From NCBI RefSeq assembly GCF_009914755.1, contig NC_060930.1: DNA of 64,000 nucleotides; one strand, 5' to 3'. This document shows, in pieces, positions 50,971 to 64,000 of the stretch (positions are counted from its first letter, which is position 1; every line of letters starts with the position of its first letter). A model generated the notes under the pieces. The model was not told the DNA's origin. It saw only the letters and a program-made list of their open reading frames with translations, and made no database searches. Source of the DNA: the human T2T-CHM13v2.0 reference genome, Homo sapiens. The position numbers and the translations under genes are program-made.

Positions 50971-53900
50971 CAGAGTATGGGTGGAAGTGGTGGTGGCAGA
51001 GTGGAAGAGGCCATGGGGTGGCAGAGTGTGGATGGTGGTGGTGGTGGTAAAGTGTGGATGGTGGTGGTGGTAGAGTGTGGATGGAGGTGGTGGTGGTAGA
51101 GTGTGGATGAAGGTGGTGGTGGCAGTGTGTGGATGGTGGTGGTGGTGGAGTGTGGATGGTGGTGGTGGTGGTAGAGTGTGGATGGTGGTGGTGGTGGTAG
51201 AGTGTGGATGGTGGTGGTGGTGGTAGAGTGTGGATGGTGGTGGTGGTGGTAGAGGGGGGGTGGTGGTGGTGGTAGAGTGTGGATGGTGGTGGTGGTAGAG
51301 TGTGGATGGTGGTGGTGGCAGAGTGTGGATGGAGGTGGTGGTGGTAGATAGTGGATGGAGGTGGTGGTGGTAGAGTGTGGATGGAGGTGGTGGTGGTAGA
51401 GTGTGGATGGAGGTGGTGGTGGCAGTGTGTGGATGGTGGTGGTGGCGGAGTGTGGATGGAGGTGGTGGTAGATAGTGGATGGAGGTGGTGGTGGTAGAGT
51501 GTGGATGGAGGTGGTGGTGGTAGAGTGTGGATGGTGGTGGTGGTGGTGGCAGAGTGTGGATGGAGGTGGTGGTGGCAAAGTGGGGATGGTGGTGGTTGTA
51601 GAGTGTGGATGGAGGTGGTGGTGGTAGAGTGTCGGTGGAGGTGGTGGTAGAGTGTGGATGGTGGTGGTGGTAGAGTGTGGATGGAGGTAGTTGTGGTAGA
51701 GTGTGGATGCAGGTGGTGGTGGTAGAGTGTGGATGGTGGTGGTGGTAGAGTTTGGATGGAGGTGGTGGCAGAGTGTGGATGGTGGTGGTTGTGGTAGAGT
51801 GTGGATGGTGGTGGTGGTGGTAGAGTGTGGATGGTGGTGGTGGTAGAGTGTGGATGGAGGTGGTGGTGGTAGAGTGTGGATGGTGGTGGTGGTAGAGTTT
51901 GGATGCAGGTGGTGGCAGAGTGTGGATGGTGGTGGTGGTGGTAGAGTGTGGATGGTGGTGGTGATGGTAGAGTGTGGATGGAGGTGGTGGTAGAGTGTGG
52001 ATGGAGGTGGTGGTGGTAGAGTGTGGGTGGAGGTGGTGGAAGAGTGTGGATCGAGGTGGTGGTGGTAGAGTGTGTGTGGATGGTGGTGGTGATGGTAGAG
52101 TGTGGATGGAGGTGGTGGTGGTAGAGTATGGATGGAGGTGGTGGTGGTAGAGTGTGGGTGGAGGTGGTGGAAGAGTGTGGATCGAGGTGGTGGTAGAGTG
52201 TGGATGGAGGTAGTTGTGGTAGACTGTGGATGGAGTTGGTGGTAGAGTGTGGATGGTGGTGGTGGTAGAGTTTGGATGGAGGTGGTGGCAGAGTGTGGAT
52301 GGTGGTGGTGGTAGAGTGTGGATGGAGGTGGTGGTAGAGTGTGGGTGGAGGTGGTGGAAGAGTGTGGATGGAGGTGGTGGTGGTAGAGTGTGGATGGTGG
52401 TGGTGGTAGAGTTTGGATGCAGGTGGTGGCAGAGTGTGGATGGTGGTGGTGGTGGTAGAGTGTGGATGGTGGTGGTGATGGTAGAGTGTGGATGGAGGTG
52501 GTGGTGGTAGAGTGTGGATGGAGGTGGTGGTGGTAGAGTGTGGGTGGAGGTGGTGGAAGAGTGTGGATCGAGGTCGTGGTAGAGTGTGTGTGGATGGTGG
52601 TGGTGATGGTAGAGTGTGGATGGAGGTGGTGGTGGTAGAGTGTGGATGGAGGTGGTGGTGGTAGTGTGGGTGGAAGTGGTGGTGGTAGAGTGTGGATGGT
52701 GGTGGTGGTAGAGTGTGGATGGAGGTAGTTGTAGAGTGTGGATGGAGTTGGTGGTAGAGTGTGGATGGTGGTGGTGGTAGAGTTTGAATGGAGGTGGTGG
52801 CAGAGTGTGGATGGTGGTGGTGGTGGTAGAGTGTGGATGGAGGTGGTGGTGGTAGAGTGTGGATGGAGGTGGCAGTAGTGTGGATGGTGGTGGAGGTGGC
52901 GGTAGTGTGGATGGTGGTGGTGGTGGCAGAGTGTGCATGGAGGTGGTGGTGGTAGAGTGTGGATGGTGGAGGTGGTGGTAGAGTGTGGGTGGAGGTGTTG
53001 GTGGTAGAGTGTGGATAGTGGTGGTGGTGGTAGAGTGTGGATGGAGGTGGTGGTGGTAGAGTGTGGATGGTGTTGGTCGTGGTAGAGTTTGGATGGAGGT
53101 GGTGGTGGTAGAGTGTGGATGGAGGTGGTGGTGGCAGAGTGTGGATCGTGGTGATGGAGGTAGAGAGTGGATGGTGGTGGTGATGGTAGAGTGTGGATGG
53201 AGGTGGTGGTGGTAGAGTGTGGATGGAGGTGGTGGTGGTAGAGTGTGGGTGGAGGTGGTGGCAGAGTGTGGATGGACGTGGTGGTGGTAGAGTGTGTGTG
53301 GATGGTGGTGGTGGTGGTAGAGTGTGGATGGAAGTGGTGGTGGCAGAGTGTGGATGGAGGTGGTGGTGGCAGAATGTGGATGGAGGTGGTGGCGGCAGAG
53401 TGTGGATGGAGGTGGTGGTAGTGTGGATGGTGGTGAAGGTGGCGGTAGTGTGGATGGTGGTCGTGGTGGCAGAGTGTGGATGGAGGTGGTGGTGGTAGAG
53501 TGTGGATGGAGGTGGTGGTGGCAGAGTGTGGGTGGTGGTGTTGGTGGTAGAGTGTGGGTGGTGGTGGTGGTGGTACAGTGTGGATGGAGGTGGTGGTGGT
53601 AGAGTGTGGATGGAGGTGTTGGTGGTAGAGTGTGGATGGAGGTGGTGGTGGTAGAGTGTGGATGGAGGTGGTGGTGGCAGAGTGTGGGTGGTGGTGTTGG
53701 TGGTAGAGTGTGGATGGTGGTGGTGGTGGTACAGTGTGGATGGAGGTGGTGGTTGTAGAGTGTGGATGGAGGTGGTGGTGGTAGAGTGTGGATGGAGGTG
53801 GTGGTGGCAGAGTGTGCGTGGTGGTGTTGGTGGTAGAGTGTGGGTGGTGGTGGTGGTAGAGTGTGGATGGAGGTGGTGGTGGCAGAGTGTGGGTGTTGGT

Positions 53901-54250
53901 GTTGGTGGTAGAGTGTGGATGGAGGTGGTGGCAGAGTGTGGGTGGTGGTGTTGGTGGTAGAGTGTGGATGGTGGTGGTGGTGGTACAGTGTGGATGGAGA
54001 TGGTGGTTGTAGAGTGTGGATGGAGGTGGTGGTGGTAGAGTGTGGATGGAGGTGGTGGTGGCAGAGTGTGGGTGGTGGTGTTGGTGGTAGAGTGTGGGTG
54101 GTGGTGGTGGTGGTAGAGTGTGGATGGAGGTGGTGGTCGCAGAGTGTGGGTGTTGGTGTTGGTGGTAGAGTGTGGATGGAGGTGGTGGTGGTAGAGTGTG
54201 GATGGTGGTGGTGGTGGTAGAGTGTGGATGGAGGTGGTGGTAATGTGGAG
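50971..54250. repeat. Large G-rich VNTR, unit AGAGTGTGGAT-GG(A/T)-(GGT)n, mostly 23/26/29 bp, about 125 copies
   Basis: Continuous array; unit length varies mainly by GGT copy number. Confidence 0.98.
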
Positions 54251-54379
54251 AGTGGCGGAGACCATGGGGTGGGGTTATCTGGGGTATTATTCAGGATGGG
54301 AAATGCTGCAACCGGCAATGCACAAACCCATCGTATGCGTTTGCTCAGCCACACTGCACTCCTGCTGCAGCCTCTACAT

Positions 54380-54665
54380 GCTGAGAGTGGCCCTCCTGCT
54401 GACAGCCAGCAGGAAAGAAGGGCCGTAGTCCTCACCATGACAAACTGAATTCTGGCAACAATGGGTGGGCTTGAAAGAGTATCCCAACCCAGAAAGGAAC
54501 GCAACCACCTGACTCTGATTGCAGGCTGGTGAGCCCCAGAGCGGAGGACCCTGCCGAGCTGTTTCCAGACTCCTGATCCACAGAAACCGTGAGAGGATAA
54601 CATTGTTCTGCTTGAAGCCACTACACCTGCCATCACTTGTCTCGCATCATTAGGGAACCAACGTG
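54380..54665 (+). mobile_element. MaLR LTR 3' portion (MLT1E/F-like)
   Basis: AACTGAATTCTGGCAACAA..GACTCCTGATCCACAGAAACCGTGAGA..AAGCCACTA. Confidence 0.7.
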
Positions 54666-55683
54666 CTCTGGAAGACAGCAACTCTCAGGGTCCATTCCGC
54701 TGACACCAGCGCCTCGGATGACACAGGACGTGGCATGGTGGCTATTGACTCATCAAGGGAACAGCAATGGTAACAACAAAACCTGGTTGTTCAGAAGTCA
54801 CACACTCAAGGCCCTACGGGGCCAAGAGGGGTCCAGGAGCAGCCCAGTGAGTGGGGCAGGGGAGGGGTGCAGTCCACCCAGGACCCGTGCTGCCCACAGG
54901 CTGCTGCTGTGCTCGGAGAGGGCCTGCCACATGTGTCCGCAGAGAGAATCCGGGAATGCAAATTTCTAAGCGAATTTCTCCATACTTCAATGTTTGACAA
55001 TCAGTAATTTTTCTTTGTAATTGATTTTTTAAATGTGAAACTCTTTTCAGGCAAACAAAACACACTTGCAGGCTGCCATTACACAATTTTGTTTTAATCA
55101 TTTTAAGGTCTTCATTGTCTTTTACACAAAAGCTGGGAATATTCTCCCTCTTTCCAGAATTCAACTGGTTTAGTGACTAGGAAGATATTTTGTAATACAT
55201 TTTTTAAAAAAAGAAAACCATGAAGGAATATTTCAAATAAGAAGCTGACTAGCTTAAATTAATAGCTGTTAAGTATTAAATATGATGTGCTTTCTCTTAA
55301 ACTAGGCCACTCTGCACCTTGCATTCCTATCCTTTTTTGGGCTTCAGATCAGAAATCGCAACTTTTGCGTGGAGATCCTGGGCCTCCACACTGCTGGCCT
55401 CCCATCGTCCCAAGAATGACTCCCTGGAAAGAGCCTGTTCAGACCCTTTGTGACTGGACTCTACTGTAAGAGGAGAATCAAATGCTTGCAAGAAAACTGT
55501 AAAGCAGAGTTTCCTAAAATACATTTCATAAGCGTGAGTGCCAGGAGTGCCTTAAAAATGTGACTCTATTGTCAAATAAGTTGGGCAATTTACTGAAGTA
55601 TACATGAATATGTTAAAACCTCCAAGGAGTCCTGAATTTAAAACAAACCTACACACAAAAACAAAGGTATTTTTTAACCTATC

Positions 55684-55987
55684 TGTTTGTTTGTTTGTTT
55701 TTGTTTGTTCATTTGTTTTGAGACAGAGTCTGGCTCTGTCATTCAGGCTGGAGTGCAGTGGCGCAAACTCGGCTTATTGCAACCTCCGCCTCCCAGGCTC
55801 AAGCAATCCTCTCACCTCACCCTCCTGAGTAGCCCGCCACCATGCCCAGCTAATTTTTTGTAGTTTTGGTAGAGACAGCGTTTCACCATATTGCCCAGGC
55901 TGATCTTGAACTCCTGACCTCAAGTCATCCTCCTGCCTCAACCTCCCAAAATGCTAGGATTACAGGTGTGAGCCACCAGGCCCAGCC
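55684..55987 (-). mobile_element. Alu SINE (AluJb/S-like) with a small internal deletion and (TTTG)n tail
   Basis: GAGACAGAGTCTGGCTCTGTC..GAGTAGC|CCGCCACC (TGGGATTACAGG segment missing)..GTGAGCCACCAGGCCCAGCC. Confidence 0.93.
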
Positions 55988-56829
55988 TAAATTATCTTTA
56001 ACCCACTGTTTTCCTCAAATTATTTTAACAGATAGCTCTTTTTAAAAATAAATAAATAAATAAACACTTTTACTATCCCAAGTACTAATAGGAAATACTT
56101 CGAAAAATGTGACCCAGGACCCCGCAGTGAGCTTCTCACACACCTGACTTCACCTCCAGTGGAAGGAAATCTGCGGCCTGCTGAAATAAGAGATGAAGGA
56201 ACTAAAAGAAAATCCCCAACATTTTTACTTTCAAAAACCGTAATAAATGGTACAAATAGAAACAAATAGCATGAGAGACTTAAATCTGCTATATTGATGG
56301 TTACATTTAATTAGTGGTCTAGAGACTCCTATTAGAAGGCAAAACTTGTCAGAATGGATAAAGCACTAGGGCCCAACTCTACAGTATGTGCAAGAGATGA
56401 ACTTCATACACACAGGTAGAAATAGGTTAGAAGAGAAAAGAGGGAAAAAGACGCTCCATGCAAACAGTAATCATAGGAAAGCTGGGTGGTACCAAGTATT
56501 CTAAGAACAGATGTGCCTGATGATAGAGCTTCAAATATGTGAAAAAAAAACTGACACCTGAAAGACGAAGTAAGTCCACAATTACAGTTATACCTTTCCG
56601 CGTTCCCCTGTCAGTAACTGCTCGACAGAAAGTCAGTAAGAGCACAGAAGGCTTGAAAAACACTAAAACCCGGCTCGATCCACTTAACATTGCTTAAGCA
56701 TTCCATCCCACACGTGCAGACTATAATTATGTTCTGATAGAACGCTGATCAAAATAGACCACATTCTAAGCCATGAAACAAGACTCAATAAAGTTAAAAG
56801 AACTGAAATCATGTATAATACATTTTCTG

Positions 56830-57166
<337 letters not shown>

Positions 57167-57232
57167 TTAAATATTTGGAAACTAAATGGCACTTCCTGTA
57201 AATAACCTATGGACCAAAAAATATTACAGCAT

Positions 57233-57748
57233 TGTGAGGGTTAATCTTAGGCATCACCTCCACTGGGTCCGGGATGCCTAGGTGGCTGGTGAAGCCTTGT
57301 TCCTGGGCGTGTCTGAGGGGGTGCTGCAGAGGAGACTGACATTTGAGTCCATGGACTTGGAAGGGGAAGACCCACCCTCAGTGTGGGTGGGCACCCTCCA
57401 ATCGGCTGCCACCGCGGCTGGGACAGAGCAGGCTCCTGTGCGCTCCTCCCACCCTTGGACATCAGACTCCAGGTTCTTCATCCTTCAGACTCTTGGACTT
57501 AGACCAGTGGTTTGCCGGGGGCTCTCAGGCCTTCAGCCACAGAATGAAGGCTGCTCTGTTGGCTTCTTGCTTTTGAGGCTGCTGGATTGGGACTGAGCCT
57601 CTGCTGGCTTCCTTCTTCCTCAGCTGGCAGATGGCCTATCATGGGACTTCACCCGTGATTGTGTGAGCCAATTCTCCTTAATAAACTCCCTTTCATGTAT
57701 ACATATATCCTATCAGCTCTGTCCCTCTGGAGAACCCTGACTGATACA
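57233..57748 (+). mobile_element. ERVL solo LTR, MLT2A2/MLT2B-like
   Basis: TGTGAGGGTTAAT..GAAGACCCACCCTCAGTGTGGGTGGGCACC..AATAAACTCCC..CCCTCTGGAGAACCCTGACTGATACA. Confidence 0.88.
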
Positions 57749-57751
57749 AAA

Positions 57752-58227
57752 GTAGATTTGCTTCCAAGGGCCGACATAGAAAGTGCCACAGACTGGGTGG
57801 CTAAAAACAACAGAACTTTCTCTCTCACAGTTCTGGAGGCCAGAAGTACAATATCAGTTTTACTGGACAGACATAAGGGTGCTGACAGGGCCACACTCCC
57901 CCCAGAGACTCTAGGGAGGCTCTATTCCTCGCTATTCCAGCCTCTATAGCTCTAGACATTCCTTGGCTTGTGGCCACAGCACTGCGGTCTCTGTCTCCAT
58001 CTCCTCATCACCCTCTCCTCTGTGCATCTGTGTTGAAACTCCCTCTGCCTCCCTCTTCTAAGGATCTGTGTGATTGTGTTTAGAGTCCACCAGGAGAATC
58101 CAGGGCTAACCCCTTCTTACAATATGTTTAATCTAACCACATCTTTTTATCACATAAGGTAATATTCACAGCCTCCAGGAATTGGCTGTGGTCATATCTT
58201 CAGAGCCACCATTAAGCGCACTATACA
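57752..58227 (-). mobile_element. MaLR LTR (MLT1C/D-like)
   Basis: CCACAGACTGGGTGGCTAAAAACAACAGAA..TCTCACAGTTCTGGAGGCCAGAAGT..CACATAAGGTAATATTCACAG. Confidence 0.82.
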
Positions 58228-58867
58228 AAGGAAATTAGAAAATATTTTAAGTCGAATGATAATGAAAATAGAAAATATCTAAATCTGTAGGCTGCAGCTA
58301 ATGTAGTAAGAGGAGGGAAATGCTTAGTTATATCTGCTTAATATCATAAAAGAAGGAAAACGGAGAAAACACAAACTATGAATATCAGGAACAAGATAGT
58401 AGCATTGCCACAGATGCTACAGACAAGAAAATGATAAAAAGGAATATTAGAAAGAATCTTGTCAATATATTTGGCAACTTTGAAGAAGTAGACAAATTCC
58501 CTGAAAGACACAAATTACCACAACTGACACAAGAAAGGATAATTTTTTTAAAGCATGACTTTATATATCCCAGAGAAATTGGATTTGAAATTAAAAGCAA
58601 AGAAAATTTCAGATGGCTTCACTGATGAATAATGTCAAGAAAGAAAGACACCAATCTTACTCAAATTTTACCTGGAAATAAAAGAGGGAAGGATATTTTC
58701 CAATTCATTTAATGAGCCCGGCCATGAGTTCCTACTCAATCCAGATGACACATTAAAAGGAAATAAAGTTACGCATGAATGTTCCTTATGAACAAAAGTG
58801 TAAAAATCCTCAACAAAATATTACCGAGTGAATCCAGAAATAGAGAAAACAGATAATACCGTATGGC

Positions 58868-59309
58868 CACTGTGGGTTGACTTGTGCACTCCAAAAAGAC
58901 ATGCTGAAATTTTAACCCCAGGTACCTGTGAATGGGCCTGTATTTAGAGATAAGGTCTTTGCGGGTGTAATTAGTTAGGCTAATATAAGATCATGCTGGA
59001 GTAAGGTGCTCCCTAAGTCCAACATAGCTAGTATCCTAAATCTGACATGAAGAAAACAGAGATACAGGGAGGAGAAAGCCATTCGGAGAGGCAGAGACCA
59101 CGTGTCCACCAACCAAGGAAATGCCAAGGATGGCCAGTGGCCACCAGAAACTGGAGGAGGAAAGAAAGGTTCTCCCCAGAGCCTTTGGAGGGAGTGAGGC
59201 TCTGCCCTCACCTTGAGGTGGAGTCCTGGCCTCCAGCACTGTGGGAGGATCTGATTCTGTTGTTTCTGTTTCTGTTATTCTGGTAGAGTAGCTCAAGAAA
59301 ATTAGTACA
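58868..59309 (+). mobile_element. MaLR LTR (MLT1B/C-like) with 5-bp TSD
   Basis: TGGGTTGACTTGTG..TAACCCCAGGTACCTGTGAATG..TTCTCCCCAGAGCCTTTGGAGGGAG..AAAATTAGTACA; flanks ATGGC / ATGGT. Confidence 0.82.
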
Positions 59310-59880
59310 ATGGTCAATGGGATTTGTTCCTGAACTACAAATTTGGTTTAATCTATGAAAAGCAAATAATGTAATTCACCATGTTAACATAAGAAAAAAA
59401 ATCATCTCAACGTGTCTAGAAAAATTCATTTAACATCCATGATTAAATAAAACATTTCAGGAAACTAGAAATAAAAACATCTGTAATTGGATAAAGAGCA
59501 TCTACAAAACACCTACAGCTAGTATCATACCTAATACTGACAGACTCAGTTCTGTTTCCCTAAGGCTGAGCAAGGTAGGATGTGTGCTCTCTCTGCTTCT
59601 GTTCAACATTGTACTAGCCAGTAAAATAAGCCAAGAAAAGAAGTAGATGGTATACAGACCAGTAAGGCAGAAGAAAATCTGCCTTTATTTGCAAATGACA
59701 GGACAAAGTACACAGAAAATGCTAAGCAATTGCAAAAAAAAAAAAAAAAATTAAAAAGCTGCTAAAGCTATCAATTTAGCAAGGTTGTAGGATGGAAGGC
59801 CACTGTAACAAAAGCCTATTCTTTTACCATATACGAGTAGTGCAAATATTGGAAATGAAATTTTAAAAGAACCTTTTACT

Positions 59881-60292
<412 letters not shown>

Positions 60293-60605
60293 TTACAGAG
60301 GACTTGAATAAATGATATGTAGACTGAGCTCATGGGTTGAATTGGTCAGTATTATTAATATACTAATTCTTCTGAAATTGATGTATACACTCAATGCGGT
60401 CCCCCCATGGCCCCCCGATAAGCACTATATGCGTGCACATCATGTGTGCTGATGAATGTCCTCTGCACACATGTCTGGAGATTTTAACCCACTGGGTCTT
60501 GAATAATCAGGAACCTAGAAGTCTTTTTAAAGCCCCACAGATAATTCTGATGGACAGCAAGGGTTTTAAGAAGGACTGGCCTAGAAAACTGTCAACACCC
60601 AATCA

Positions 60606-61235
<630 letters not shown>

Positions 61236-62978
61236 TCAATTCCTAAAAGCGGCTGCCTGACCTTATGCAAGCCACAGCTTCTATTTACAAACCCAGGAAA
61301 CTGGACAAAATACTGAAAGGATCCCCTAAGATAATGAGAGTTAACAACAGATGCAAAGCAAGGTTCTGTGGAAATGTAAGGTCGTGTTACCACGCAGGGC
61401 TGAAAAGCTTTCCTGACTACTTTCTGATTTGCGTATACTAAGGACTATTTCAAGAGGGTGACATTTTATGAATTAAAGGCATGCCACTTCCATTCACAGT
61501 GCTGTTCTGAGAGATTCGATTCTGTCCTTGACAATCTAAGAAAATCTTAACTCTGCATTATGTAAATACTAAGGACATGGGGTGTTTCGAATGAGACCAA
61601 CCTCGTATCTCTCTCAACTCCCTCTCCTCCCGGGGCCACCCTTTTCTTTAATTGAAAGCACAATAAACTTAATCAGCTGCTCCTAACGATGCCTGCCCCA
61701 GCCTGGGAGATTCAGCAAGGCTTGGGGCGTGCATGACAAAGAAACACACACTCCAGAATCTCACTTTTGTTATTCCCCAGCCATCTTTTGTTATGTGGCA
61801 TGGGAAAAATCTTAATGAGCCTGCCCTGCTGCTGCAGAAATTCTTGTCAGATGAAAAGCAGCCCCTCCTTCCACCTGGCAAGGGCTTACAGAGAACACAG
61901 CAGCCCACATCTACTCACGTTTCCTGAAACAATCCCCTATTTAACTTCCTAGGCAACAGAAAATCTGAAGAAAATGAGATACCACAGAAGATGAATTTGA
62001 TGTAACAAAAAGGTGTTTTAAAAAGATAAGTAGAGAGGCCATCCTACAAAATTTCATGGCTGACAATGGTAAAAAAGATGCAGAAAAGGACCATCTGGCC
62101 TGAAAAATTCAGCCGGGGTCGGGGGAGGGGGTCCCGCAGCAGAGGCCAGGCCTTCAAGGATGGGGATCCTCTTCTGTCTTCCTTTTCTCAAAATGTTTGT
62201 TGGATGATGGACTTAATTTTAAAACCCCAAGTCACTGCGGTTTAGCCAGCTATGGATGATGAAAGCACTACAATCATTGAAACTGACAAGGAGGCAGTTT
62301 CCTTCAAAAATACGAAAACTGTACGCAGAGTACATGGAGAAAAATGTGACACAAGCATTTGGACACACTACTAAACAACAACATGGGACAATATAGACAA
62401 CAATTGGAAATACACTTTGAGGAGGTAAAAAGTTCAGTATTCACTGGCTTCCTTTTGGAGGTTGTTAAATTGCTGAAATTCAAATAAAAGTCATTGAGCC
62501 ATTGTGTCTGTCAGCTGTGCCTCTATCTCACCCCCGGGTGGGTGGAGGTCCCCCTGGCTTTATTCTCTGTGTTGTTGCTGCAGATCCAGATTCAGGATTC
62601 CGCCCTGAAGGTCTGCGTTCCCTCCCGAGACAGCCTCTGTTTCAAAATGCACAGCCATTCTTGACAGACAAGAAAGGGATGTTGAAAAACAAGTCATGCT
62701 TTGGATTCGTGTGGCTTTGAGATACAGAACGAATGAATTATTTCCTGCCTGGCCCAGAACACTTTGCCTCGGTACAGGAGTGTCAAGGCAGAGTGGGTGG
62801 GGAAGATGAAGGGTGAGGGAAGCAATTGCAATTAAAATCCATAAGGAGCCGGAGAAGGTGGTGCTCATAGATGGATCCCCTAACTGAGTTTAGAGGGCAC
62901 AGGAGGAGGCGAAGGGAAGCAGTCTTTCATATATGTGACTTAGGAAATATATAAGGATTGTGTATTTTACGGCACTTA

Positions 62979-63761
62979 TGAGATGGGATAATTCCTTGAC
63001 TCTTTCATGGGTAGGAACTGGAGTGCACCTCTGGGTCCAGTTGGCCACTTCAGCACTAGCAGGGACGAACTTCAATCACTTGAACCTGCTGGACTCAACC
63101 CCTCATGGGAGGGAGCACATAGGCGAGTGGGTGCTGGGACCCTGGCAAGGGCTTTTGGGCTCCAGACCCACAGCAGCATCTAGGGTTGCATTACAATTAA
63201 TGCTCTTTTAGCTTTGCCGTCCACAGATGGCTTAAGTGTTAAACAGCTCAGTGAAGAGTCAGTGTGACAGCCTTTATGGGTTCCCACATCCAGTGCATGC
63301 TGAATTCTTGTCCAGCGTCCAGGAAGAATCGGGCCACACAAATGGTTTGAAAGGTGATGAATGCAGAGGATTTTATTAAGTGGTGGAAGTGGCTCTCAGC
63401 AGAAGGGGAGCTGGAAGTGGGATGGAGCAGGGAGAAGGTTATCTTTCCCTGAAGCCCGGCCATCTGCAGCCAGGCTCCTCTCTGAAGCTGTGCCGTCTGA
63501 AGTTAAGCCACATCTATCCATAGTCTCTGATGCTCAGCTGCTTCTTCTCTCAACGTTCAGCCACTTGTCTCTTTGCCAGCTGAGGCCTGGGGTTTATATA
63601 GGCACAGGATAGGGGGTGGGGTGGGCCAAAAGGTAACATTTGGGCAAGAAAACAGGGATAACTGTTCTCATTTAGGGCTATGGTTTCCAGGCTTGAGGGT
63701 GGGGACTTGCCAGGGAACTGCCCTCTTCTGCCCAGTATTTCCCTGCCTCCTGTCCATATCA
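62979..63761 (-). mobile_element. ERV1 solo LTR, LTR27/LTR28/MER50-group, apparently full length
   Basis: Minus strand starts TGATATGGACAGGAGGCAGGGAAATACTGGGCAGAAGAGGGCAGTTCCC and ends ..CCCATCTCA; TATATAAA at 63600-63593; AATAAA at 63377-63372. Confidence 0.82.
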
Positions 63762-64000
63762 ATTTGATATTTTTTGTGACACAGGTAGATAATTATCATA
63801 ATCTGAAAAATAGCTTTCCATTGCAGGGGAAAGGGTTTGAGGTTCTGTCAACAACCCATGGACCTCTGGTCTATAGAATGAACAAAGAAATAATGTCATA
63901 TAGATAAGCTACCTTGAGCCTTCTGGCAATTTCAGACTGTTTATAAATGTCTTGCTAAACTGTGAGGCCTACAAGGACGTAGGCTATGCCCGTCTTGCCT

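Noticed and set aside
50856-54681. 1245-aa, 1116-aa and 240-aa His/Pro/Thr-rich ORFs as a mucin- or extensin-like gene
   Set aside because: Overlapping frames give the same cyclic peptide, the absence of stops follows from base composition, and there is no recognisable domain or exon structure.
57233-57300. DUX4 site in the MLT2-type LTR
   Set aside because: The position where MLT2A carries TGATTGGATTGA reads CTCCACTGGGTCC here, so the motif is absent.

Overview
This is primate genomic DNA, most likely human given the AluJ/AluS/AluY copies. It looks like GC-rich, distal or subtelomeric non-coding sequence. I find no credible protein-coding gene or structural RNA gene; every long ORF is a by-product of tandem repeats or Alu sequence. 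About 17% of the window (about 11 kb) is minisatellite, in seven arrays near 1.7, 3.8-7.1, 10.6-11.2, 20.4-20.8, 27.7-28.0, 39.5-42.2 and 51.0-54.3 kb, and there are several 2-4-copy nascent repeats. The rest is dense in Alu, L1, L2, MIR, MaLR/ERVL/ERV1 solo LTRs and Tigger/MER DNA transposons, often nested, some with visible target-site duplications (TSDs). The most interesting signals are in repeat architecture: (i) a CpG-rich array with three nested periods (about 20, 81 and 324 bp); (ii) an array carrying 40 CACCTG E-boxes that mostly read as CAG|GTGAGG 5' splice sites on the minus strand, with an inverted look-alike 17 kb away; (iii) a 25-bp VNTR apparently born from an MLT1 LTR end, with 7 TFAP2 consensus sites and a polarized CpG/TpG pattern; (iv) an AluY with no TSD and an apparent target-site deletion. 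I cannot show a new biological system from sequence alone, and all functional ideas are hypotheses. Repeat subfamily names come from remembered consensus sequences and need RepeatMasker/Dfam confirmation; boundaries of old repeats are approximate.
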